Positions 41,396 to 52,269 of a DNA stretch of 64,000 nt are shown here, in pieces (position 1 is the stretch's first letter; every line of letters starts with the position of its first letter). The notes under the pieces were generated by a model that worked only from the letters and a program-made list of their open reading frames with translations, had not been told where the DNA came from and searched no databases. The DNA comes from an uncultured cyanobacterium (GTDB lineage: Bacteria; Cyanobacteriota; Cyanobacteriia; Cyanobacteriales; CAWUOF01): the NCBI GenBank assembly GCA_963744145.1, contig CAVUSO010000001.1, forward strand, positions 928,001 through 992,000. Reading direction: 5' to 3'. A program made the translations under genes and the position numbers.

Positions 41396-44302
41396 CTAGG
41401 AAATTTTTCCAGCGATCGTAAATCCTGCCCAATAATAGGGATGAGCATAAGGTTTTTCAGTTCCTTCTATTTGATTGATACCTCTTAATTGGGTCTTAAT
41501 AAAAAGACGAATAATTTCTTCATCTTCCGGAAGCTTAGTCAAAATCTCTTCACACCATTCTATCAATTGTCGAGCTGTGATATCCCGTAACCACCTTACG
41601 GTCTGATTTAACACTAACTCCTCAGATTTATTTTGCCATAACTGAAAAAATTGCATCATCACCAAAGCACTGATATCAGAGGGTACTGTCCACAAACTAC
41701 TGATCACATGGGAGACACCACTCTTTAAAAAAGCACTGACTAACCCAAAATATTCAGTCTTAATAATTTGGTTTTTAGTAATTGCATTTTCTCCAATAGA
41801 AAGATAAACTAGCTGATAGCTCTTGAGATTCATTTTGACAATTTTTTCAACTCTTAGATGTTCTTTTGCTGATAATACTAAAGCTGATTGACTGGGTTGA
41901 TTGAAGTTATATTCAGTCATGCCAATAAAACTAAAAATATTGTATCCTCCTAATAATGCTTGCACTACTGTTTCCTCAGTTACCTGGTCTCCTGTCATCC
42001 GTTTTGCATCAGCAAAAAGATAGCTCAGATATTCAGATTGCACTGTCGTACCAGAGAGTTCTGTTAGTGGTTGATCATCAGTTTTTCTGTTATTATTATT
42101 AGAGTCAATATTGAGAATATTTGGCATGATATTTCCTTCCTGGTGCAGACTTAGCCCCATTTCTAGACTAGGTAAATAACTAACAGTAAATTTATCTGTA
42201 AATAAAGCATTGAGAGGAAAGCGATGCAAATCCCGATGGGGAATTAGAATTAGGTAATTAATATCCTTCAGAACAGATTCAATCCTAGCAATATCGAGAA
42301 TTTCACCCAGACGCGATATCAATTCTGGTAAATTATTATACCAATTAGATTTTGTTTCTTCCACTTGATTTTCAGATTGGCCATATTCCTGATATTGTTG
42401 ATCCCAATCGTTGATCCAATTCTCAAATTGGATCAACCGTCGGACAGATTCAGGTATTTCTGTTTCTGATATTGCAGTCAGCACTAGCGGTACGATCGCA
42501 TCATCCTTAAAAATAAAAGTCTGCAAAGCTACTGGACTGATGTGCCAGTAAACGATCGCCAGATCAGGTTTCAATAATTGTTTAATTTCTTCTGAGCTAG
42601 GTTGAGGAATATCTTCACCCCAATTAGAGAGTAACCAAGTTAAACAGGAATTTTTACCTTTCTCGGCAGTTTGCCAAGCTTGCTCAATTGCACCAGACTG
42701 GATATATAAATCAACCTGAAGCTGTTGAAAACCTACAAATTTTAGTGCTAATTGTTTTTGACTAGCGGTGGAACGATTAGATTCACCCAGCAAACGGTCT
42801 AATAAATCTGAACCAGGTTGTGCTAATTCTTGAGCTTCTGCTATTCTTCCCAAACTTAATAATGTCCGAATTAGATTTTGCAATAACTCTAAATGTAATT
42901 CAGGTGTTTCAATTTCTGTGAGGGTTTGTTGGGCGAAATGGTAACTTTCGATCGCTTTTTGCCAATATTGATCAGGATCTGAATCTAATCGTCCTTTTTC
43001 ATAGTAAACATTGCCAATCATCAAATGCAATCTGCCCCAACCTACTGGATTAGTATCGAGAAGACAATACTTTAAACCTTCTTCATAATTGGCTAAACTT
43101 CCCTCATTTCCAATTTGATTTAAGTTCGGATTTTGTTCAGTTAACGGACTTGGAGCATCTAAAAAAACATCCTGATTGGTTAAACTACCAACTGTAATCC
43201 CTCGGTTAATCCAAGCTAAAGCCAGATTGGGGTTAATTTCTAAAGCACGATTATAGGAAGCGATCGCTTCTGCTAAACGTTCTAATCTTCTCAGCGCATT
43301 ACCACGAGTATTCCAGACCGCATCTAAATTGGGATTAATTTCTAAAGCTTGGTCATAGGAAGCGATCGCTTCTTCCCAACGTTCTAATTTACTCAACGCA
43401 ACTCCCCGATTAAACCAAGCTATATCATAGGCATGAATAATTGCTACAGCACGATCAAAACAGACGATCGCTTCTTCTAAATTTTCTAAATCACTCAGCG
43501 CACTACCTCGGTTATTCCAAGCTGCTTCATAATCAGGTTTCAGCTCGATCGCACGGTCATAACATGCGATCGCTTCTGCCAAATTTCCTAATTTCTGTTG
43601 CTGAAAACCTTGATTAAACCATCCTTGGGCCTGATCTGGTTCAACCTCTGTTGACTGAGTTTCCCCCGCCGCACTAAGATTAAATTGATTCACCAGAGTT
43701 TGCATAATTAATTGGGGATCAGTTGAATCAAGTCCCATTTGTTGAGCTACGATCTGACGTAAGTTAGGATCTTGTTCCAATCTGACCAATAATTCATCCA
43801 AAGTAATTGCTTCGGGTGGTGGTAATTCCTGGTAGGGTGGTGGATTAATCGCATTAGCATCCGGACCATTATACTCCCAAACTACTCCTGGAGCAGTTTG
43901 TTGAGTTAACACTTGAACTCCAATCTCATAAGCGACCTGTCCCATAGTCCGCAAAGCAGGAGTTCCTTGGATTAATTCACCTAATTGCACCAGTCGAGCT
44001 GCTAATTCATTATTAGGTGTTGTTCCTCCTAACAATCTTTCCCCAAAACTCTGCAACCACTCCACCCATTGTGCTGGGCTAATTCGATGTTGCAAATCTA
44101 AAATATATTTTACTGCCCAGGTATCACCTTTACCGCGATGCACACCTTCGAGCAATTGCATGAATAGATATTCATAATCTGTAGAAGTCAGAGGTGGTGG
44201 AGCGTCCGGCTGAATGTTTTGGGTTCTGCTATTGGAGTTGTTTACCACTGCAAATAAACGTTGCCACAATTTCACCAACCATTGCCAAATTCGCCGAAAC
44301 AT
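41396..44302 (-). CDS. TPR + CHAT domain protein, catalytic dyad absent
   Basis: 34-aa TPRs (EEAIASYDQALEINP), CHAT motifs LILIPHRDLHRFPL, VISSLWTV, HPYYWAGF. Confidence 0.92.
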   Translation of the reverse strand: MFRRIWQWLVKLWQRLFAVVNNSNSRTQNIQPDAPPPLTSTDYEYLFMQLLEGVHRGKGDTWAVKYILDLQHRISPAQWVEWLQSFGERLLGGTTPNNELAARLVQLGELIQGTPALRTMGQVAYEIGVQVLTQQTAPGVVWEYNGPDANAINPPPYQELPPPEAITLDELLVRLEQDPNLRQIVAQQMGLDSTDPQLIMQTLVNQFNLSAAGETQSTEVEPDQAQGWFNQGFQQQKLGNLAEAIACYDRAIELKPDYEAAWNNRGSALSDLENLEEAIVCFDRAVAIIHAYDIAWFNRGVALSKLERWEEAIASYDQALEINPNLDAVWNTRGNALRRLERLAEAIASYNRALEINPNLALAWINRGITVGSLTNQDVFLDAPSPLTEQNPNLNQIGNEGSLANYEEGLKYCLLDTNPVGWGRLHLMIGNVYYEKGRLDSDPDQYWQKAIESYHFAQQTLTEIETPELHLELLQNLIRTLLSLGRIAEAQELAQPGSDLLDRLLGESNRSTASQKQLALKFVGFQQLQVDLYIQSGAIEQAWQTAEKGKNSCLTWLLSNWGEDIPQPSSEEIKQLLKPDLAIVYWHISPVALQTFIFKDDAIVPLVLTAISETEIPESVRRLIQFENWINDWDQQYQEYGQSENQVEETKSNWYNNLPELISRLGEILDIARIESVLKDINYLILIPHRDLHRFPLNALFTDKFTVSYLPSLEMGLSLHQEGNIMPNILNIDSNNNNRKTDDQPLTELSGTTVQSEYLSYLFADAKRMTGDQVTEETVVQALLGGYNIFSFIGMTEYNFNQPSQSALVLSAKEHLRVEKIVKMNLKSYQLVYLSIGENAITKNQIIKTEYFGLVSAFLKSGVSHVISSLWTVPSDISALVMMQFFQLWQNKSEELVLNQTVRWLRDITARQLIEWCEEILTKLPEDEEIIRLFIKTQLRGINQIEGTEKPYAHPYYWAGFTIAGKIS

Positions 44303-44427
44303 CGATTCTCTCCCTCAGGTTTTACTATCTTAAATCTTAATGTGATCAGCTCATCAGCATTTAATTCGGAAATTGAGGAAATTTAGGACTATGGCTCTTA
44401 AATTTTGATCAGATATTTTTTAGCCAT

Positions 44428-44450
44428 AAAAAAGGTGGGCATTGCCCACC
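44428..44450 (-). terminator. Intrinsic terminator / REP-like palindrome after RNase II gene
   Basis: Minus strand GGTGGGC-AAT-GCCCACC-TTTTTT just after the stop codon. Confidence 0.75.
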
Positions 44451-44454
44451 CAAT

Positions 44455-46473
44455 TTAAGTTGCAGCTGATTGTGCTGCTTCAATCATTTCTCGAAATTCG
44501 ATCCGGTCTTGACGTGGATCAGCATAACTAACTCTCACATCTAAGCGATCGCCCAGAGCAACTGTCCGATGAAATCGCATGGCTAATTCTAGTCCTAACT
44601 CTTCTAACAAAATTAAGCCTAGATTTTCATCTTCGCGCAACCAACGTAACATTAAGGCTTGCCAGATTTCATCCCCGTGACGTCGGAGATATTCTAATCC
44701 CCAATAGCGATTGGTTTGTCGTTCTACCCAGGAAGCTTCTTGAGCTGCGGTGGTCACACTTAACATGAGTTCCTTGATCGTGTCAGCCGAAAAAGGTAAT
44801 TGATCGCCACGCAAATGGGCTTTAATCTGGAAATGGGCTAGTAAATCCGTATAGCGCCGAATTGGTGAAGTTACTTGAATATAATTATCTAATCCCAAAC
44901 TAGCATGACGACCAGGATTAATACTGATTTCCGATCGGGGCATACAACGACGCATCGCACAGGAACGGACCGGTCCTGCGGGTAACAACATTAATTCTTG
45001 GGCTGGAGGCAATTCTGGTTGGGATTGGGTCCGATAGGGCAGGGGCAGATTTTGGGCTTGACCATAGCGGGCCGCTACTTCTCCCGTTAAAATCATCATT
45101 TCTGCTACTAATTGCCGCGATCGCGAATCTTCAAGCAGATGAATATCAATCTCATCTCCTTTGACCTTAATCACTGCTTCGGGCATAGAGATACTAATTG
45201 CCCCTTGGGACTGACGCCATTCTAAGCGACGTCTCGCCCAAGCTGAAATTGCTTCGATTTCTGATTCTGCCCTTACCCCCAATTCCAGCATTTCATCGAC
45301 ATCTTCATAGGTAAGTCGATAGGTGGGTTTAATCTTGCTGGCCTTGATGGCATACTCATTTATTGCTCCAGTTTCATCTAAAATCATACTGAAACTCAGA
45401 GCGCAGCAGATTTGACCTTGAACTAAACTCATTGGACCTGTTGCCAATTCGGGCGGAAACATGGGCACCATTCCCGTGGGCATATACAGGGTGGTAGTGC
45501 GTTTTCTCGCTTCTAAATCTAGTTCATCTCCAGGAGATAACAAACGGGTAGGATCAGCGATGTGAACCCATATTCTTTGTCTACCATCTGCTAGATATTC
45601 TAAACTTAAGCCATCATCAATCTCTTGGGTGCTTTCATCATCAATGGTATAAACCTTCAGATGAGTTAAATCAAGACGATGATCATGATCGAGGTCCGGA
45701 GGCGGAGTATTTAAACATAATTGGGCCACTTCCAATACCTTGGCAGAGAAAGTTGTGGGAATTTGACTGCGCCGCATAAATAAGTTTTCATGCGGACTCC
45801 ATAAACCTAAATCTACCAAAAGTTGAAACGCGGCTTGGGATGTATCCGAGTATCCTAAGGCAATTAGGGTTTCTTGGGCGGCGGCACGACCGATGGCTTC
45901 TTCGCCTAAAGCTGCAAATCTTTCTACTGCATCTAAACGAGGGCGATCGCTCTGAGTCCACTCTACCTCTTTTCCCAGTTTCCGGTTTTGCACACGACTC
46001 AGAAATCCTGCTAATTCCTGTTGTCGCTGCTGTTCTACTTCTTGCTGATGCTTGATTTCTGCGACTTGAGCAACCGAACGGGGTTCATAGCGATCGCCTT
46101 TTTGCTTGAAATAAAGTTTATCTTCAAATAGCAAACTGTGTGCAGCATAACACTGCGGTGGACTAGCTTCGGAAAATAATAGGATTGCCATTTGAGCAGG
46201 ATCTACCCCTGCTCCATCTTCCACCAGTAGTTCCCAAGCCACTTCTAAACTTGAAGGGTCTATATAAGGATCTACTGTTTGCAGAAAGCGAGGAATGTCT
46301 GAATATTTGTAAGTTTGATCCTTAACCTCATAGGTAATTTGGCCCGGATCGATGGTATGAGGTTGTCCCCTTTCATCGATCACCACCCATTTTTTCTTAC
46401 CTTCTGGACGTTCGACCACAGCGAGACGCCGTTCTCTGTGCAGCCGAAATTCTATTAACGTTCCTTTCTGCAC
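44455..46473 (-). CDS. rnb: RNB-domain exoribonuclease (RNase II/R family)
   Basis: YTIDDESTQEIDDGLS, VHIADP, VAEMMIL, TSPIRRYTDL. Confidence 0.93.
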   Translation of the reverse strand: MQKGTLIEFRLHRERRLAVVERPEGKKKWVVIDERGQPHTIDPGQITYEVKDQTYKYSDIPRFLQTVDPYIDPSSLEVAWELLVEDGAGVDPAQMAILLFSEASPPQCYAAHSLLFEDKLYFKQKGDRYEPRSVAQVAEIKHQQEVEQQRQQELAGFLSRVQNRKLGKEVEWTQSDRPRLDAVERFAALGEEAIGRAAAQETLIALGYSDTSQAAFQLLVDLGLWSPHENLFMRRSQIPTTFSAKVLEVAQLCLNTPPPDLDHDHRLDLTHLKVYTIDDESTQEIDDGLSLEYLADGRQRIWVHIADPTRLLSPGDELDLEARKRTTTLYMPTGMVPMFPPELATGPMSLVQGQICCALSFSMILDETGAINEYAIKASKIKPTYRLTYEDVDEMLELGVRAESEIEAISAWARRRLEWRQSQGAISISMPEAVIKVKGDEIDIHLLEDSRSRQLVAEMMILTGEVAARYGQAQNLPLPYRTQSQPELPPAQELMLLPAGPVRSCAMRRCMPRSEISINPGRHASLGLDNYIQVTSPIRRYTDLLAHFQIKAHLRGDQLPFSADTIKELMLSVTTAAQEASWVERQTNRYWGLEYLRRHGDEIWQALMLRWLREDENLGLILLEELGLELAMRFHRTVALGDRLDVRVSYADPRQDRIEFREMIEAAQSAAT

Positions 46474-46708
46474 AAATTCTGATCCTCATAAAGATTTAAG
46501 TAGCCCAAAATAAGAGTAAATCAGAATACATCGAAGTAAATTGGTCGCGTTACCTAATCCGCCAATTTTAGATTTGTATTTTTCAACCCAAAAATTTTTC
46601 AACCCTGGTTTAGATTATTTGCAAGAGTTACTACCTGGGAGATTTTTCACCAATTTAGTCAAATCTGCCCTAGGGGTAAAAATCTTGCATTTAATCTCTA
46701 AAAATACC

Positions 46709-46924
46709 TTATCCTTCTTGGTTAATAAAGGGCAATAAGGCTAATAATCGGGCGCGTTTAATTGCGGTGGTCAAGTCTCGCTGTTGTTTGGCGGTTAAGC
46801 CTGTGATCCGACGGGGCAGAATTTTGCCGCGCTCGGTGATAAACTTGCGTAATAGATCGACATCTTTGTAGTCGATCGGTTCTTCTGGTTTAATCGGGGA
46901 AAGACGTTTGCGATAATAACTCAT
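46709..46924 (-). CDS. rpsR: 30S ribosomal protein S18
   Basis: [26 protein letters not shown]. Confidence 0.99.
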   Translation of the reverse strand: MSYYRKRLSPIKPEEPIDYKDVDLLRKFITERGKILPRRITGLTAKQQRDLTTAIKRARLLALLPFINQEG

Positions 46925-46976
46925 GGGTATATACTAATTGGTCACTTGAACATTGGTAATTAGTAACATACTTCCC

Positions 46977-47165
46977 TTATTTAATTTCTTTGTGGACAGT
47001 ATGTTTGTTGCAGTGGGTACAGAACTTTTTCAGCTCTAACCGCGCGGTGGTATTGCGACGGTTTTTGGTAGTTGTATACCGGGATACACCTGGTGATCTT
47101 TTATTGGTGTTAGTACGACACTCGGTACATTCCAAGGTCACGATAATCCGGACGCCCTTAGCCAT
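46977..47165 (-). CDS. rpmG: 50S ribosomal protein L33 (Cys-containing type)
   Basis: LECTEC...[10 protein letters not shown]...[10 protein letters not shown]...HKEIK. Confidence 0.99.
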   Translation of the reverse strand: MAKGVRIIVTLECTECRTNTNKRSPGVSRYTTTKNRRNTTARLELKKFCTHCNKHTVHKEIK

Positions 47166-47216
47166 AATTTTCCAAAATCAACAATTTGAGGGACAAACAA
47201 AATTAGACACAGCATT

Positions 47217-47745
47217 CTATCTTCTCATATAATTGCTGACTCGATCAAGTAATTTTTTAACTTTTAAATCGAGGGAGTAACCCCGACGGGTAGGGATAAC
47301 GATCGTCCCACTAACGCGATCGTGGAAAGCTTGACGATAGTCCTCATCCACAAAAGCGGTACTACAGTCAGCGATGAGGGGCACAATCAAAATTAAGGGA
47401 GACCCATTTCCTGGTCCAATATTGAGCAAACCGACTAGGGCTAAGTAAGCACAAGTACCTAAAATTAATTCTCGTTTAGCTAGATATTTGAATTTCTGGG
47501 GTTTTCCCAAATCTAGGATCGACTAATTTTAGGTCTAAACTCCAACGTCCCAAGCTTTGTCCCCGATTTTTAAAGACCAAAATTACGCGCAATAGTAGCC
47601 AGATCAGCATAAATCCTAGGATCTGGAGCAAACCGGTCAGGGATGAGATGATTAACCATGTACCCAAGAGATCGATGGCAGTGGCCACGCCCCGCCGCCA
47701 AATTGGTACTCTGAGGAAGCGGATTTTGGGTCTTTCTGTGAGCAT
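47217..47745 (-). CDS. RDD family membrane protein, frameshift near 47488
   Basis: WRRGVATAID and GQSLGRW in 47476..47745; YLAKRE...QAFHDRVSGT in 47217..47510. Removing one A from CAAA restores IQYLAKRE. Confidence 0.85.
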
Positions 47746-47777
47746 GGTAAGTTGATGAATTACGACTAGCTACTTTT

Positions 47778-48827
47778 CTAGTTTGAACGATCTCCTAAAC
47801 GACGTTGGATTTGCTTTAAGGATTGATAGATTTCGGGGAGACGATTATAAATAGCAGCAGTTTTCAGAAAAAGTTTGTGGGGGATAGCTGGTAATCCGGT
47901 GACAATAGCACCTGGAGCAACATCACTGTGAATTCCAGCTTTAGCTGTAGCGATCGCACCATCCCCAATTTTGACTTGATTAGCAATGCCGACGTTCCCG
48001 GCTAAAATGACATTCTTGCCTAATTTTACGCCACCTGACAATCCCACTAATCCTGAGATGGCACAATTTTTGCCAATTTTACAACCGTGACCAATTTGGA
48101 CTAAGTTGTCGATTTTGGTATTTTCACCAATCCGAGTTTCTCCGGTTGCTGGTCTGTCAATGGTGCTGTTACAACCAACTTCTACTCGATCTTCTAAGAC
48201 TACATAACCTGATTGTTCCATTTTTGACCAACCGGTTGGGGTCGGGACAAAACCAAATCCTTCCGCACCGATGACTACTCCACTATGAATGACACAATCC
48301 GCGCCAATTTGAGTCCGTTCATCAATGGTGCAATTAGCGTGTAAGATCGTGCGATCGCCAATCTCCACTTCTGGGTAAATCACCACATTGGGATGAATTA
48401 CCACATTTTTACCAATTTTGACTTTAGCTTGAATTACGACATGGGCACCGATATAGACATTTTCGCCTACTTCTGCTAAAGGATCAATCACAGCCGTGGG
48501 GTGAATTCCTGGAGCTGGTTGAAAAGGTTGATAAAAAAGTGCGATCGCTTGAGCAAATAAAAAACGGGGATCGTTACTCCCAATCCAAGCAATCCCGCGC
48601 TGGGTAGCCTTCTGTTGTAAAATTTCATCCTGGGGCAAAATTAAGGCGCTAGCATTAGTTGTGTTTACATAAACAGAAAATTTTCCCCCTTCGATATAAC
48701 TCAGTGTTCCGCTCGATGCTTCATCAATTGGTGCAACACCACTAATTTCTGGATCAATGTGGGTACATATTTGGGTAGTACCTGTACAGGTGGAGCTGAG
48801 TTTTTGACCAATTTCACTAAATTTCAT
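47778..48827 (-). CDS. lpxD: UDP-3-O-(3-hydroxyacyl)glucosamine N-acyltransferase
   Basis: IHPTAVI, hexapeptide repeats, IGAEGFGF, TIDRP, KIDNLVQIGH. Confidence 0.97.
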   Translation of the reverse strand: MKFSEIGQKLSSTCTGTTQICTHIDPEISGVAPIDEASSGTLSYIEGGKFSVYVNTTNASALILPQDEILQQKATQRGIAWIGSNDPRFLFAQAIALFYQPFQPAPGIHPTAVIDPLAEVGENVYIGAHVVIQAKVKIGKNVVIHPNVVIYPEVEIGDRTILHANCTIDERTQIGADCVIHSGVVIGAEGFGFVPTPTGWSKMEQSGYVVLEDRVEVGCNSTIDRPATGETRIGENTKIDNLVQIGHGCKIGKNCAISGLVGLSGGVKLGKNVILAGNVGIANQVKIGDGAIATAKAGIHSDVAPGAIVTGLPAIPHKLFLKTAAIYNRLPEIYQSLKQIQRRLGDRSN

Positions 48828-49433
48828 TGCTGAGTAAAGTAATATCTAATTGTTAATGGCATCTTACTCCAAAAGGATTTTGTGGCATATTGAATCTGGT
48901 CAATTACACCTGGGTCAGAGTAGGGACTTTAGCCCCCACTCATAGATTTGCTGATGAATTAATTATCATTACCCTATTTTTTTATTTTTTAAGGTATTTC
49001 TGGTTCCTGATTATTAGTTTGCAAATAGATTGGCTTTAACCTACTAGCTAAAAACAGCGCTACTATTAAGGCTTGAGCAAATTCACGCTGCTCGATCATC
49101 TGAGCCGTTGCGATCCAGGAAAGGCGAAATTCCATAATTTTAGAATCTTATATCTGAGTACCTATTCAAAGTTCCCCTCATGCTCATCAATATAACTTTT
49201 TGTTGTCTTTCTACATAATTTCTTTACCTATAATTTATCAAAAACACATAATTAGCAATTAAACGTGGCATTTGACCTAATTTAAATAGAAAAACAACTA
49301 AAAAGTTGTTTATATGGAGAAAATTTCAATTCTGATTTTAATAAGTAATAGGTTTGATAAGTTATTATAATATTGAATTTTTTATGGGTAGTCTAGTGGA
49401 TAGAGAGATGCTGGTGATGGCCATATTTTTAGA

Positions 49434-50216
49434 TTAACTAGAAGCACTGGTATAGAAGCGTAAAGCAAAACGCCAGAATCGGGTAGAAATAAAAAATAAA
49501 GCGATCGCTAAAATCCCTGCACCAATGACAGAAACTAGATTACCCCGACCTAAAATCATTTCAGCGGGAACATTAGTGAGAAAAGCGACGGGGACGATAA
49601 AGGTAAAAAAGAAACGATAAGCGACAGGATAAGCTACCATAGGATAGCGACCAGCTTCTAATAAACCTCTCAGGATTTCGGTGACATTATAAACTTTGAC
49701 GAACCAAATACTAGTAGCACCCAGGATAAACCAGAGACTGTAAAGAATGATTAATCCAAACAATAGGGGAAGCGCTCCCATGAGATAATTAATAAGGGTT
49801 AAGCCAAGTTTATTACTAGCATAAAAAAGTAATATCATTCCCGTCACTAAATCGGGTATTCCCCAGAGGGAAAAGCTACGAGTTGAAAGCCAAAATTGAC
49901 TACTAATCGGTTTTAATAACACAAAATCTAAAGTTCCTTGTTGAACTTGTTGGACAATTTTGTTTAAATTCGGTGCTAAAAATGTACTGGAAAAACCTTC
50001 CATTATGGTAAAAATACTTAAGACTACTAAAGACTCTTCCCATTGCCAACCATTGAAAGTGTAACCAGTCCGGTAAAATAAAAATAAGCTAAATAAACCA
50101 CCACCCATCCCACCAAGACTACTGAGTGTTGCTACTAAAAAGTTAATGCGATATTCCATTTCAGCTGCGATCGCTGCAATCCAGAAGATTTTTAAAACCG
50201 TTAAATATTTGCCCAT
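49434..50216 (-). CDS. ABC-2 family (DUF990-type) transporter permease
   Basis: MEYRINF, GTLDFVLLKP, GRYP, VPVAFLTNVPA. Confidence 0.9.
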   Translation of the reverse strand: MGKYLTVLKIFWIAAIAAEMEYRINFLVATLSSLGGMGGGLFSLFLFYRTGYTFNGWQWEESLVVLSIFTIMEGFSSTFLAPNLNKIVQQVQQGTLDFVLLKPISSQFWLSTRSFSLWGIPDLVTGMILLFYASNKLGLTLINYLMGALPLLFGLIILYSLWFILGATSIWFVKVYNVTEILRGLLEAGRYPMVAYPVAYRFFFTFIVPVAFLTNVPAEMILGRGNLVSVIGAGILAIALFFISTRFWRFALRFYTSASS

Positions 50217-50228
50217 CGATCAATTCCC

Positions 50229-51017
50229 TTAAGCTCCCATTCCAGAATAGCGCTGTAACCCTTTTCTCCACAACCATCGGTTAACAATAAAAAAGATAAT
50301 TCCCCAAATTAACATCACTAATAATCCTTGTCCTAGATTAACTGGAAAATCTATTAATAGAGCTGCTGGAAAATAGACAAAATAGGGAAAAGGAGTCCAG
50401 AGGACAATCTGGTGGATTAACTCTGGAAAAACTTCTATTGGTGCAATTAACCCGGAAAGAAATAGATAAAATAAATACCATAATTGTTCAATTGCTGTAG
50501 CTCGCTCAATCCAAAAAGTTAATAAAGCGAAGGTATACTGGATTAAAAACCGGAGCAAAAATGCCAGGATTGAGATCATGAGAAATAATAAAAAACTACC
50601 TAAACTGGGAATCCAAAAACCTTGGGGATAAAGCAGAAAAAATAATCCGATTAATAAGATAATAAATGGTAATCGAGAAAGTCTTTCTGCGATATGAGTT
50701 GCTAGATGGTGCCAAACTGGGTCTAAAGGTTGTAATAAGCGTGAAGATAACTTACCTTCTATTAATTCCCTTTCAAAATCCCAAATTACCCAAACCACAT
50801 TCATTTGTCTAGCGAGAAAAGCAGCTAAGAAATAATGAATAAAATCTATTTGAGTTAATCCAAAATTTCCGACCTTTGCAGCTTTTATCCATGTTCCCAT
50901 TAAGATAAATGGTAAGGAATTGGATAGAGCCCACGCAATTGTTTCGAGTTGGTACTCTAACATATAAGCATAGTAAGTTGCAAGGAGATTTTGGCTAATT
51001 TTAATGATCCGATTCAT
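50229..51017 (-). CDS. ABC-2 family (DUF990-type) transporter permease
   Basis: GKLSSRLLQPLDP, LSGLIAPIEVFP, TPFPY, GLQRYSGMGA. Confidence 0.9.
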   Translation of the reverse strand: MNRIIKISQNLLATYYAYMLEYQLETIAWALSNSLPFILMGTWIKAAKVGNFGLTQIDFIHYFLAAFLARQMNVVWVIWDFERELIEGKLSSRLLQPLDPVWHHLATHIAERLSRLPFIILLIGLFFLLYPQGFWIPSLGSFLLFLMISILAFLLRFLIQYTFALLTFWIERATAIEQLWYLFYLFLSGLIAPIEVFPELIHQIVLWTPFPYFVYFPAALLIDFPVNLGQGLLVMLIWGIIFFIVNRWLWRKGLQRYSGMGA

Positions 51018-51990
51018 GCAATTTTCCCTGTCTGAAATACGCGACCAATTACTTCTTCTATCGGTGGATCAGTAATGGTTAAATCTATTACATCTAAATC
51101 TGCCAAGATTTTAGCTACTGTAGCTGTCAAATTTTCCTGTTTCACTAAAAAACGGACTTCACGTCCTAATTGGGATTCTAATTCACCATAGATAGCTAAC
51201 TTTTCCTGAGCTACAGGTTGACTAAGTTCTATTTTTACTTCTCGGTAGGGAGCAAAATGCTCGAATAAAGCATCTAAACTACCGTCATAAATTAACCGAC
51301 CTGCATAAATTACAATTACCCGCTGACATAGAGCCGTAATATCTGCCATATAATGGCTAGTTAAAATTATGGTTGCACCTGTACGTTGGTTATATTCTCG
51401 TAAGAAATCACGTACTGCTACTTGAGCATTAATATCTAAACCTAAAGTCGGTTCATCTAAAAAAAGAACTTGAGGTTTATGAATCAGTGCTGCTAGTAAT
51501 TCAGCTTTCATTCTTTCACCTAGAGAAAGTTTCCTTACTGGTAACTTGAGTTGATCTTCTAAGGAAAGCATGACACTAAGTTCATTTAAGTATGAGTGAA
51601 ATTGTTGATCAGAAATTCCATAAATAGCAGCATTAATTTTGAGGGAGTCTAGGGGTGGTAAGTCCCAAATTAATTGCTGTTTTTGTCCCATGACTAAGGT
51701 AATCTTTTGCAGAAAAGATTTTGTTCGACGATAGGGAATTTGATCTGCTACTAGAATTTTACCACTAGAGGGATAAATTAAACCAGTGAGCATTTTTAGG
51801 GTCGTGGTTTTTCCGGCCCATTTGGGCCTAAAAAGCCCACAATTTCACCTGGCTCAATCTTAAAACTTACCTCTTTTACTGCTTCTACCATCCGATAGGT
51901 CCGATGGAAAAAATGGCGTAATGTTCCTTTTAATCCTGGTGTTTTGATTGCAACAGGATAAAGCTTGCTGACGTTTTCAGCCAGAATCAT
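51014..51990 (-). CDS. ABC transporter ATP-binding protein, frameshift in Walker A near 51818
   Basis: Restoring one G in GGGCC gives GPNGAGKTTTLKMLTG; LSLGERMK, FLDEPT and TSH downstream. Confidence 0.93.
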
Positions 51991-52269
51991 TAGACTTGTC
52001 CGAAATATAATTTATGGTCAAAAAAAAAGTAGGGTAGAACGGTAATTGTAAACACTACTGTTAACCTACCATATTTATACAATATGTTCCATTATTGCTA
52101 TTGGCGTACTTTGGAGTGTATTTGACCTACCTAACCGATCGCGCTCTTTACAGGTAATGAAATCCTCTTGTTAGCGCGAATTTGCGGACCAAATCAATTT
52201 CTTGCAAAATCTTGATGATCGCTACACAGAACAATTAGAATTAAAAACAACCAAAAATGAAATGAGCTA

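Noticed and set aside
48950..48975. CTGATGA as a hammerhead ribozyme core
   Set aside because: No stem II followed by GAAA.
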